IMG/VR virus record: IMGVR_UViG_3300026478_000318
Span: 1-52,330 of that record
Direction: 5' to 3' (one strand)
DNA from: a virus
Taxonomy: Duplodnaviria > Caudoviricetes
DNA: 52,330 nucleotides
Below are positions 1 through 7,443 of the stretch, piece by piece. The notes under the pieces are model-generated. The model searched no databases. It worked only from the letters and a program-made list of their open reading frames with translations, and had not been told where the DNA came from. The position numbers were made by a program, and so were the translations under genes. Positions within the stretch are counted from its first letter, which is position 1. The number at the start of each line of letters is the position of its first letter.

Positions 1-1
1 A

Positions 2-28
2 TAGGGGTGGCTATTATGCACACCCCTA
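2..28 (-). terminator. Hairpin downstream of the 44..325 gene, probable intrinsic terminator
   Basis: Inverted repeat TAGGGGTG...CACCCCTA about 15 nt after the stop codon. The U-tract would lie outside the window. Confidence 0.55.
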
Positions 29-43
29 CTCTATAGTTAAGTC

Positions 44-325
44 TTACTTGACCTTAAGTGAGTTACCGCCACCGCTAGACTTCTTTGCAGGTGCCTTCTT
101 AACTGTAGCCTTCTTAACTGCAGCATCAACTTCTGCTACATCTGGAAGGCGACCAAACGCTGTGTCATTTGGATTAATTGCTCTCAAACCAACTGGTGCG
201 ATTGCAGCAAGTAGTGAGTATGCCAATGTCTTAGGGTCTGTTACCCCAGACATGTATAGTGCCAATGCTGCACCAAGAACTGATCGTCCGTATGAGGCAA
301 GCATTGCTTTTACTTTTGCGTCCAT
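44..325 (-). CDS. Small two-TM membrane protein, holin-like
   Basis: Two hydrophobic segments, an 'LRAINPNDTAFG' motif, a basic C-terminal tail and an AGGAGG SD. Confidence 0.55.
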   Translation of the reverse strand: MDAKVKAMLASYGRSVLGAALALYMSGVTDPKTLAYSLLAAIAPVGLRAINPNDTAFGRLPDVAEVDAAVKKATVKKAPAKKSSGGGNSLKVK

Positions 326-336
326 TTATTTTCCTC

Positions 337-495
337 CTAGGATATGAACCTTGTTATGACATCGAAACCGAGCCATAATCCAATTATACCAGCAACGCCA
401 GCAAATACTGGTGGGGCTGGAACTGGAAGTTTAAAGGCTGCAAATACAACTCCACAGCCAAAACCTGTTAATACTGAAAATATAATCTCTTTCAT
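337..495 (-). CDS. XapX/DUF1427-like small membrane protein (52 aa, not in ORF track)
   Basis: Translates to MKEIIFSVLTGFGCGVVFAAFKLPVPAPPVFAGVAGIIGLWLGFDVITRFIS. The LPVPAPP motif sits between two TM helices, and a GGAG SD is upstream. Confidence 0.8.
   Translation of the reverse strand: MKEIIFSVLTGFGCGVVFAAFKLPVPAPPVFAGVAGIIGLWLGFDVITRFIS
383..391 (-). promoter_or_regulatory. Extended -10 promoter (TGGTATAAT)
   Basis: Exact TGnTATAAT about 58 nt upstream of the 44..325 start. Confidence 0.5.
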
Positions 496-689
496 TTTTC
501 TCCTTTGTTAAAATCTGGATGATCTATAGGTGTTGCTACTGTTACCAATGTTCCACATTTAGCACATTCGCCATCTAGGGTGTATAAACCTAACTCATAA
601 TCAACTGGATCAATTTTTACACTAACCTTTAATAAATCATATCCACATTGTGGACAATTTGCTGTTGGTATTCCTCTAGCATTAATCAT
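492..689 (-). CDS. Small zinc-ribbon protein
   Basis: CPQC...CAKC motifs. The start at 689 (MINARG) overlaps the upstream stop. Confidence 0.7.
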   Translation of the reverse strand: MINARGIPTANCPQCGYDLLKVSVKIDPVDYELGLYTLDGECAKCGTLVTVATPIDHPDFNKGEK

Positions 690-1065
690 TTGGTATGTCC
701 TGCGGATAAACTGATTGTAATTTTTCAAATGCTTTTTTAATTCTAGGAACAGACATGTCGTTTGGGTGTAGTAAATCAAATTCAATATCAGATTTAAATT
801 CTAACAATGCCTTATGCATATCTTCAATATACTTATAAGCAATATCCCTTGTATCATTTAAAAATGTTATAAGGTGTTGTTGTTCTACAGAAAGTTCTTC
901 ATTTCCAAACTTATCTTTAAACTTTTCAATGTCTTGAATTGCTTGTGTTAAAATAAGAAGTAGTTGCAAATTTTTATTTTTTAATCTTATAATAAGAATG
1001 CTAATAGCACTTACAAATAAAACAGAACCGAAAAATAATAAAAATTCAAGCATTTCTCTCCTCAT
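682..1065 (-). CDS. Hypothetical protein with N-terminal TM anchor
   Basis: Hydrophobic N-terminus followed by a helical domain. The true start is probably MLEFLL. Confidence 0.65.
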   Translation of the reverse strand: MRREMLEFLLFFGSVLFVSAISILIIRLKNKNLQLLLILTQAIQDIEKFKDKFGNEELSVEQQHLITFLNDTRDIAYKYIEDMHKALLEFKSDIEFDLLHPNDMSVPRIKKAFEKLQSVYPQDIPND

Positions 1066-1531
1066 GTGTTACCCAATAATAATTACAGCCAACACAGCAA
1101 GGTGAATTATAGATGCTATGCTTTGCATATGCATAACGAGCATAAAAAAGCGGATCTTTATCAAATAGTCTTGCTTTATGTGTGGTAGTAATACGCATCA
1201 TTTTTGTATGGTCTCCAAACCACTTTGGCATATCTGTACCCCATACATTGCTATATCCTGATTCTAATGCCTGAATGTTTGCTTCATTGGTGTCTGTCTT
1301 GATACCACGCTTCTTGGCCTCAGAGATCATTGTATTAGCATATGTACGCAAAGAATACTCATGACCTTTCCACATAAGAACGGCAGGGTGGTTGCGCCAT
1401 CCGCCTGTAGGAGATGCGCCAGATAACACTTTAAGTATTTGATACGCTTCTAATATTTGTTTATTGAGTCGCTTAGAGTCAAGTGCTTGAGCGGACTCAG
1501 CCATATTAAAGTGTGGGAAAAAGGTTTGCAT
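1046..1531 (-). CDS. Pyrimidine dimer DNA glycosylase / endonuclease V-like (MSMEG_6728-like) protein
   Basis: MQTFFP...LDSKRLNKQILEAYQI...WRNHPAVLMWKG...HKARL..KDP..Y pattern. Confidence 0.8.
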   Translation of the reverse strand: MQTFFPHFNMAESAQALDSKRLNKQILEAYQILKVLSGASPTGGWRNHPAVLMWKGHEYSLRTYANTMISEAKKRGIKTDTNEANIQALESGYSNVWGTDMPKWFGDHTKMMRITTTHKARLFDKDPLFYARYAYAKHSIYNSPCCVGCNYYWVTHEERNA

Positions 1532-1677
1532 TAAAATAGTTCCTCTTCATCGTCGTCAGATATATCAAGTATATCTAAATCACTTAATTTTGTCAACTGT
1601 GCAGCAGCATATATAAATAAAGTGGCGCCTAAAGTTAAGATTAGACCTATAGTAATTTTTATTTTTTTATTTAACAT
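1531..1677 (-). CDS. 48-aa single-TM microprotein with acidic tail (not in ORF track)
   Basis: Translates to MLNKKIKITIGLILTLGATLFIYAAAQLTKLSDLDILDISDDDEEELF. It fills the gap and is TAATG-coupled to the next gene. Confidence 0.6.
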   Translation of the reverse strand: MLNKKIKITIGLILTLGATLFIYAAAQLTKLSDLDILDISDDDEEELF

Positions 1678-1915
1678 TATCTTTTCCACCTTCACGTACT
1701 AATAAAACAATGGCACCATTATCTTCTAAAGCCTTTTTGACTCGTACCATGTACTCTACAGCCTGACGTTTTTCTTCATCAAGCAAGGACATAAATTGTT
1801 TTTCTGGAGCCCGAACTGTAATAAAATGATCGTTATCAATTACATCTAGGAAAAATCCTCTGGGTGCAAAATGATCCAATGATCTGAAGGCCCTACGCAT
1901 AGCATCTGTATACAT
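1667..1915 (-). CDS. Hypothetical protein
   Basis: 82-aa ORF translationally coupled to its neighbours. Confidence 0.75.
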   Translation of the reverse strand: MYTDAMRRAFRSLDHFAPRGFFLDVIDNDHFITVRAPEKQFMSLLDEEKRQAVEYMVRVKKALEDNGAIVLLVREGGKDNVK

Positions 1916-2121
1916 TATTCAAAATCCATTTGCTTTTCAAACATTGCGTTAATGCCATCTTCTATTTCATCTAATGATCTTGTGTCATGATTTTTACATA
2001 CTGGCCTTATGGCATAACCATCTGCCTCTATGTTAATTGCAAAACCATCGCAATAGTAACACTTAGACATAATTTCTTTATTTCTTTTTCGTATCATATC
2101 TAGGTATTCTTTGTTATTCAT
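1915..2121 (-). CDS. Hypothetical protein, possible Zn finger
   Basis: CYYC...CKNH motif and ATGA overlap with whiB. Confidence 0.65.
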   Translation of the reverse strand: MNNKEYLDMIRKRNKEIMSKCYYCDGFAINIEADGYAIRPVCKNHDTRSLDEIEDGINAMFEKQMDFE

Positions 2122-2411
2122 TTTGAACCCTCGTCCATTGTTAATCTTCTCCAGGTATTACCCCAGTCAGACTCTGACTTATGGCTATTAAATTCTTTAG
2201 AGACAGTTCCTTCTTCTAAGTATATACCGCCCCAGACCCCATACTCTTTACTTGAAACACCAACAGCAAAGCATGTTTTCATGACAGAACAATTAAAACA
2301 AACAGAATCTATTGCTGGCCTTAATAACTCTTCTTCTTCATATTTATCAAAGAATAAGTTAGTATCATAATCTAAACAAGACGCTTGATCTTTCCATTTA
2401 AGTTTGTGCAT
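2118..2411 (-). CDS. whiB: WhiB family Fe-S transcription factor
   Basis: W..QASC...LFF...CFNC.VMKTC...YGVWGG gives four conserved Cys plus the GVWGG turn. Probable start at 2411. Confidence 0.92.
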   Translation of the reverse strand: MHKLKWKDQASCLDYDTNLFFDKYEEEELLRPAIDSVCFNCSVMKTCFAVGVSSKEYGVWGGIYLEEGTVSKEFNSHKSESDWGNTWRRLTMDEGSK

Positions 2412-2622
2412 ATCCCGATACGAGCCCCTCTGGAATATGCCAGCCATCTCTGTTAGGCTCAAACCTTTTTGTCATATACCAATTACCTTTAAAGTAAATG
2501 CCATACTTAGAAGTCTTAGCCTTGTCTGATTTATATCGATTGACAACTGTCCACCCATCCCAAACCAGACTTCTATTTTTTGCAACGATACTTTCCATCT
2601 CTTCTAGTGTTTTGACTATCAT
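2398..2622 (-). CDS. Hypothetical Trp-rich protein
   Basis: AGGAG SD before MIVKTL, and packed between its neighbours. Confidence 0.7.
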   Translation of the reverse strand: MIVKTLEEMESIVAKNRSLVWDGWTVVNRYKSDKAKTSKYGIYFKGNWYMTKRFEPNRDGWHIPEGLVSGYAQT

Positions 2623-2629
2623 TTTTCTC

Positions 2630-2980
2630 CTAGTAACTAAATGTTCCAACTTCAATATTATTTAATTTTGCCTCTGATACTAACTTAGAGTATCTTTCAC
2701 CTGGATTTGATAAGTAAGTAAAATAGTTGAAATCAGAAATGTTTTCAGAAATCCACTCTGGAGCAACCTTATACATCTTAATCTTCTTACCACGTGACTT
2801 CATTCCCTTTTCAGAAACGTTTACAAACTCCATAACCATAGAGTTTATATTTGCTGGGCCAGCAGTGTAGATGTAGAAATACTCATCACTGTCTGGCATT
2901 GTGGAAAGAGCAACACCCATAGCACGGAGAAAAACCTTGTAGTCATTAAAACCACTAGTTCCTTGTACTCCCACTATCAT
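2630..2980 (-). CDS. Hypothetical protein, possibly YspA/SLOG-like fold
   Basis: N-terminal 'IVGVQGTSGFNDY' resembles the 'IAGSRxFxDY' start of SLOG proteins. The assignment is weak. Confidence 0.45.
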   Translation of the reverse strand: MIVGVQGTSGFNDYKVFLRAMGVALSTMPDSDEYFYIYTAGPANINSMVMEFVNVSEKGMKSRGKKIKMYKVAPEWISENISDFNYFTYLSNPGERYSKLVSEAKLNNIEVGTFSY

Positions 2981-3380
2981 TAGAATTCCCTTCTCGTAAT
3001 CTATCTATAATAAACATCATCTTATCCAATTGTACCTTATTCATGACCATTGTGTCAACTCTTCTGGTAGTATCTTTGTCAACACCATCGCCCATAACGT
3101 CTGCGGTATAAAAAATATTATCCTTGATCCAGTAGGCTTGATCTTCCATAACTATGACCCTGATATTTGTCTTAGAACTGTGTATCTTGGACTGAGTTTG
3201 TTTTTCTGGCTTTGTAAGTTTATCATGGAGATTAAGCACGTGATTTATTTGATGCTTATGGCTTTGGCTAGGCTTAAACTGCCTTGTCCTAAATTGACCA
3301 AAAATATTAAAGGTTTCTTGTAGTTTTGTTATTCCATAAAATAACAAAAGTGCAGACAGATAACCTATTAAATATTTCAT
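2955..3380 (-). CDS. Hypothetical protein with N-terminal membrane anchor
   Basis: Hydrophobic N-terminus, with TATAAT at 3397-3402 upstream. Confidence 0.7.
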   Translation of the reverse strand: MKYLIGYLSALLLFYGITKLQETFNIFGQFRTRQFKPSQSHKHQINHVLNLHDKLTKPEKQTQSKIHSSKTNIRVIVMEDQAYWIKDNIFYTADVMGDGVDKDTTRRVDTMVMNKVQLDKMMFIIDRLREGNSNDSGSTRN

Positions 3381-3405
3381 AGCATCACCATGATTAATTA
3401 TACTA

Positions 3406-3714
3406 CTATCTTAAAAGAGTTCTCTTAGCCTCATTTAGGGTATGTAAAAGATCTTCGTCAAGAGACTTAATAAGTTCCTCGTCAAAAGCCTTGTCAGTTA
3501 ACGTAACGATTGGATTTTCTTCAGTGACATCCATAGAAACCATATTAAGTTCCCACAACTGCATCATCTGCATTGAGAACAAACTGTTTACTGCTGACTG
3601 CAACTCTGGGTAAAGATCCCCAAGTTTCTCTGTAAAATTATATAAAATTTCTCCAGATTCGTCTACGCCAACTACTTCTAGTGCACCGCTTGATATTAAA
3701 TCGTCTATCTCCAT
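3406..3714 (-). CDS. Hypothetical acidic protein (paralog of 3716..3940)
   Basis: IDDLISSGALEVVGVD-ESGEILYNFTEKL aligns by eye with the neighbouring gene. Confidence 0.75.
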   Translation of the reverse strand: MEIDDLISSGALEVVGVDESGEILYNFTEKLGDLYPELQSAVNSLFSMQMMQLWELNMVSMDVTEENPIVTLTDKAFDEELIKSLDEDLLHTLNEAKRTLLR

Positions 3715-3715
3715 A

Positions 3716-3940
3716 TTATCCTCTTATTCTCCAAGTCATCGCTTTAGGGCCGATTTGACCCAAGACAAAAAGGTGATGACTAAATTGATCTTCCAACTCT
3801 TTATACATTGTTGGAGCAATTTCCTGTAACTTATCGTTTACTTTATAATATGTTTCGCCAGTACTTAAATCAATATCTGATATTTCAATACCGCCTTGCA
3901 AAATTAAATGTTCAATAAGTGAACTGGTTCTTGCATCCAT
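3716..3940 (-). CDS. Hypothetical protein (paralog of 3406..3714)
   Basis: IEHLILQGGIEISDIDLSTGETYYKVNDKL. Confidence 0.72.
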   Translation of the reverse strand: MDARTSSLIEHLILQGGIEISDIDLSTGETYYKVNDKLQEIAPTMYKELEDQFSHHLFVLGQIGPKAMTWRIRG

Positions 3941-4357
3941 TTACTTTGCTTTCTTTTTAGCAATTTCTCTTTGTTTAGCCAATGCATTAAAATCTTTTAC
4001 CTTGGTATCCCCAAGATATCCCCATGCATATCCATCTTCAATCATTTGATCATTTAAAGATACTGTATTATTATCGACGTAAATCCAACCAAGAATGCGA
4101 CCATATTTTTCAGATGAATCCATTTTCTCAGTTTTAATAACAACAGACTTTGCATCCTTAAGTTGCTTCTTGAGATATTCTTTAGCCTCTAAACCAAGGG
4201 CCTTCTCATTAAGATCCTTTGTGCGTGATTCAGGGGTATCAATACCAGCCAATCTTACACGAGATGCGAAGAGGATATCAAACCCTAAATCAATAAGAAC
4301 GTCAATAGTGTCTCCATCTACTACGCCCTCTACTTTTCTTACATAATATTCATACAT
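3941..4357 (-). CDS. Thermonuclease (SNase-like) family protein
   Basis: VVDGDTI, RVRLAGIDTPE, KYGRILG and GYAW motifs. Confidence 0.92.
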   Translation of the reverse strand: MYEYYVRKVEGVVDGDTIDVLIDLGFDILFASRVRLAGIDTPESRTKDLNEKALGLEAKEYLKKQLKDAKSVVIKTEKMDSSEKYGRILGWIYVDNNTVSLNDQMIEDGYAWGYLGDTKVKDFNALAKQREIAKKKAK

Positions 4358-4597
4358 TAATTTTTACTTTCTTTAAGACGATCTCTTTCGTCAACTATCT
4401 CTATCATAAATTTCATCATAGCATCATACCCAATAGCATTATCCATAGCAGCATTATAGTGATGTGCACAAAATAATAGTTCTCCAGTATTGCCAATAAC
4501 CTTTACGTATGCCTGTGCTCCGCAACGATCACAACGATCTGTTGCATCAAGCAGCCATACCTGTGTATTTTCTTTTTCTTCTAGCATACTAAACATA
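4357..4597 (-). CDS. Small Cys/His protein of actinobacterial type
   Basis: LDATDRCDRCGAQAYV...ELLFCAHH motif. The start is uncertain (4597 or 4588). Confidence 0.7.
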
Positions 4598-4783
4598 TTA
4601 TACCTTCTTATTGTCTGTTTGATAAAATCCAGAGCCATTGAATGTGACTCCTACATTAGAGTATACACGAACTAATGGCTTATTGCAAGCATCACATTCA
4701 TACCCTGGATCATTTTCTGACATAGATCTTACTTTGTTATATCGTTTGGCACATGCCATACAGTCGTACTCGTATGTTGGCAT
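4598..4783 (-). CDS. FmdB family zinc-ribbon protein
   Basis: MPTYEYDC..C...C..C...L.RVYS..GVTFNGSGFYQTD. Confidence 0.9.
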   Translation of the reverse strand: MPTYEYDCMACAKRYNKVRSMSENDPGYECDACNKPLVRVYSNVGVTFNGSGFYQTDNKKV

Positions 4784-4893
4784 TATTTCTTCTTCTTTTT
4801 AGCCTTAACCTGCCATACTGGAAGATTGACATTATCGCCAGACCATTCATAACCAAGCAACTTAACGACAAATCTAATGATCTTAATACGCAT
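4783..4893 (-). CDS. 36-aa basic microprotein (not in ORF track)
   Basis: Translates to MRIKIIRFVVKLLGYEWSGDNVNLPVWQVKAKKKKK, with TAATG coupling at both ends and an AAGGAG SD. Confidence 0.65.
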   Translation of the reverse strand: MRIKIIRFVVKLLGYEWSGDNVNLPVWQVKAKKKKK

Positions 4894-5111
4894 TACTTAA
4901 CTCCTTTTCCAAACTTAGCCCAAACTCTTTCGTGTATAAAATATCCAAGTGCTTCCCAGGCAATATAACCTAATGCACCAAGGCTTGCGTATTCATAATC
5001 TACCTCACCAGTAATCTTCCATGTTACAAGAGAAATAATACCAGCCACGCCTACAAGGTGAAACGTTTCCCAACTAAGGGTTTTGAGCAGTGTTCTTTTT
5101 GTTGATTCCAT
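4893..5111 (-). CDS. DUF2061-like small membrane protein
   Basis: MESTKRTLLKTLSW...YFIHERVWAK pattern with a GGAGG SD. Confidence 0.8.
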   Translation of the reverse strand: MESTKRTLLKTLSWETFHLVGVAGIISLVTWKITGEVDYEYASLGALGYIAWEALGYFIHERVWAKFGKGVK

Positions 5112-5128
5112 AATTACCTCCATAATAT

Positions 5129-5137
5129 ATTATAGCA
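5129..5137 (-). promoter_or_regulatory. Extended -10 promoter (TGCTATAAT)
   Basis: Intergenic exact TGnTATAAT. Confidence 0.7.
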
Positions 5138-5174
5138 TTGAAAGGCAGTTTTTAGTCATGCCTAGGACAGTTAA

Positions 5175-6014
5175 TTATCTAATAAAAGGATATGTTAATA
5201 TTTTACTAAATTGAGAAATAAAATCTAGTACATTTGTTGTTTTGTTTTTAACATATAAAGACGCTGCAACAACAGTTGATAAAGAAGTGCCAGTAATTGT
5301 GGCTGTTGTACCGTTGTATCGAACAATATCCATACTTGCAACTGACAATACGTCTAGCCCTGGACCGCTATTTGTTAGTGGCGCAATAATTCCACTAGGT
5401 GTTGCTGCTCCTACACCAATAGCCCCATTAACACAAGACGGAAATCCAACTAGATCCTTCTTACCATCATTTCCAGTTGCAATAAATGATGGAATGTTTT
5501 GATTATTTAGTGATGTAATTCCATTAATTACAACAGAATCTGTTGTACATGACTTTAGATTATTAGCAGAAATACTTGACTGACTAATAGAAACTGCGTC
5601 TACACTAAATCGTGAAGCATTTTTTGACACCCAATCAATAGCCTGAGATAGAGCCTGTGGAGTGTTAGTTGAATTACCAGCATCAGTAATATTTGCAATT
5701 CGTACAAAAACAACCTTCATATTTGGATTAGTTTGTAATGCTGCACTTACCATATGATGTCCATGATATGTTGCATTAAGCATAGAGGTTGGCCAAAGAT
5801 TTGAATTTGCTGATCCTGAACCTTCCATAAAATTTGTTTTATTTGGACAAGATCTATTCTGCGTAAAGCATGCTTCATAGATTACAGAAGTAACCTTCTT
5901 TGAATCAATTGCTGTGTCAATAATAGCAATGACTGGCTCATCTGCTGCTTGTGCAACCTGAAGTGGTGCAAAAATAGTTGTAATTGATAGTAGTGTTATT
6001 AGTAGTTTTTTCAT
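5175..6014 (-). CDS. Secreted subtilisin-like (S8) serine protease
   Basis: Signal peptide MKKLLITLLS...AQA. Catalytic motifs IAIIDT, HGHHM, ATGN (oxyanion) and GTSLS. Confidence 0.88.
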   Translation of the reverse strand: MKKLLITLLSITTIFAPLQVAQAADEPVIAIIDTAIDSKKVTSVIYEACFTQNRSCPNKTNFMEGSGSANSNLWPTSMLNATYHGHHMVSAALQTNPNMKVVFVRIANITDAGNSTNTPQALSQAIDWVSKNASRFSVDAVSISQSSISANNLKSCTTDSVVINGITSLNNQNIPSFIATGNDGKKDLVGFPSCVNGAIGVGAATPSGIIAPLTNSGPGLDVLSVASMDIVRYNGTTATITGTSLSTVVAASLYVKNKTTNVLDFISQFSKILTYPFIR

Positions 6015-6028
6015 TTTTTTCCTTTTTG

Positions 6029-6232
6029 TTAGATGAATATTCTTACAACGTGTTCGCATGGGTCGCCTCCTGCTTCCCATTCTTCTATTTCTTCTTCACT
6101 CATATACTCATAGCCACCGTCATGTGTGTGACAATAAGGATCGCTGATCCAGCCTCTTTCGATACCGTTTTGCAACCAAATACCAAACTCTTGCTCCTCT
6201 GGAGACAAGTCTTCCATACCCATATGATTCAT
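6029..6232 (-). CDS. Hypothetical acidic protein
   Basis: W..NGIERGWIS..YC.THDG...GGDPC.HVVR pattern, with its own promoter. Confidence 0.75.
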   Translation of the reverse strand: MNHMGMEDLSPEEQEFGIWLQNGIERGWISDPYCHTHDGGYEYMSEEEIEEWEAGGDPCEHVVRIFI

Positions 6233-6238
6233 ATCTTT

Positions 6239-6267
6239 AGTATACCCTTAAATACTTACAATGTCAA
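6239..6267 (-). promoter_or_regulatory. Sigma70/SigA-type promoter TTGACA-17-TATACT, probably leaderless
   Basis: -35 at 6262-6267, -10 at 6239-6244, and an ATG 6 nt downstream. Confidence 0.8.
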
Positions 6268-6778
6268 TTGGCCCCATACAGGACGGGCTAAATTTAATTG
6301 CTGCACTTACAGCAGAATGCACACGATTTCTTGCATTTTTTTGTTTATCAGTTGCATACAAAGCGCCATAGGCATACTCTGCTCCTGACCCCATTGCAAG
6401 ATACGGTAGTGTATATTTAGATAAAGACATATCAGCAGAACTATGCTCATAGATTTCTCCACGAACAGCGATGATCAAGCCAAGGTCTCCATCTTTAGAT
6501 GTGTCTACCCAGAACTCATTATAAAAATCTCTTAGTTCTTTGACAAATTTAGTTTGCATAAACTTATCTGTATCTTTAATAGTAGGTGCAGTTGGTTTAA
6601 AGTTATAACGGATTCTTTCTCCGTCCATGGCTCCTGCATATCCAATTAGATATGGACCAATCTTCCAGACTTTGGGTGCATCAAGTGCTAAGATCGTGCC
6701 ATCGTCAGAGGCACCACGATCTCCAGCCATCCAGATTTTACTTGTTGAACTATCACGAACAACAGCAATACAGGTCAT
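6248..6778 (-). CDS. HslV/proteasome-beta-like Ntn hydrolase
   Basis: N-terminal Thr (MTCIAV), then AGDR, PKV, IGYAG and AMGSGAEYAYGAL. Confidence 0.8.
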   Translation of the reverse strand: MTCIAVVRDSSTSKIWMAGDRGASDDGTILALDAPKVWKIGPYLIGYAGAMDGERIRYNFKPTAPTIKDTDKFMQTKFVKELRDFYNEFWVDTSKDGDLGLIIAVRGEIYEHSSADMSLSKYTLPYLAMGSGAEYAYGALYATDKQKNARNRVHSAVSAAIKFSPSCMGPIDIVSI

Positions 6779-6804
6779 TGCACACCTCTCTATCTTTATT
6801 AATT

Positions 6805-6833
6805 AGTATAGCATTCAACGAAAAATCTGTCAA
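6805..6833 (-). promoter_or_regulatory. Promoter TTGACA-17-TATACT with TG extension
   Basis: -35 at 6828-6833 and TGCTATACT at 6805-6813, followed by a GAGGTG SD. Confidence 0.85.
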
Positions 6834-6835
6834 TT

Positions 6836-7432
6836 CTATCTGGCAAGATTTTTCCAATAATGTGGTATAAAGATTTTATTTCCTTCTGTTACTGAGGTGA
6901 CACCGTGAAAATATGGCACTTTAGATGGGAATAATACAATGCTGCCTGCTTCTGGTTTAATTTGAACCCCTTGATTTTCCCAATATATTTCTCCACCAAC
7001 GTAATTATCATTTAAATAAACAACAAAAGAATATTCTAAATCTGGATTTTGTTCATTCCAGTCTACGTGTGGGCCCATGTCTTCATGGGTAGCATATTCA
7101 TTAATCACAAAATCTTTGCCAAAATCTACATGAGCATCTGAAATGTTTAAAATCTTTGCATACTCTGTAGCAGTTTTCTTCATGGCATCAGAAATAGTTT
7201 CAATAATATATTCGCTATTCCCTGGCCTTAATGGATTGCTACTACCTTTAACAAATCGTCTTTTGCCATAGATATGATCTCCGTCTCCAGAAACCCAATC
7301 TACCCATGGAGTAATTACATCGTGAACAGATTCATCATTTTGAGCAACATCTAATGCATCTAATAATGCTTGAGGGTTTTCAATTGCTTGTGTAAAATAA
7401 ACTATTTGATCTTCTAGTTTATGAACTTCCAT
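6836..7432 (-). CDS. 2OG-Fe(II) oxygenase (prolyl-4-hydroxylase-like)
   Basis: HVD...YLND.Y.GGE...KPEAGS..LFPS...HGV..V..G.K. Confidence 0.9.
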   Translation of the reverse strand: MEVHKLEDQIVYFTQAIENPQALLDALDVAQNDESVHDVITPWVDWVSGDGDHIYGKRRFVKGSSNPLRPGNSEYIIETISDAMKKTATEYAKILNISDAHVDFGKDFVINEYATHEDMGPHVDWNEQNPDLEYSFVVYLNDNYVGGEIYWENQGVQIKPEAGSIVLFPSKVPYFHGVTSVTEGNKIFIPHYWKNLAR

Positions 7433-7443
7433 AAATATCCTAT

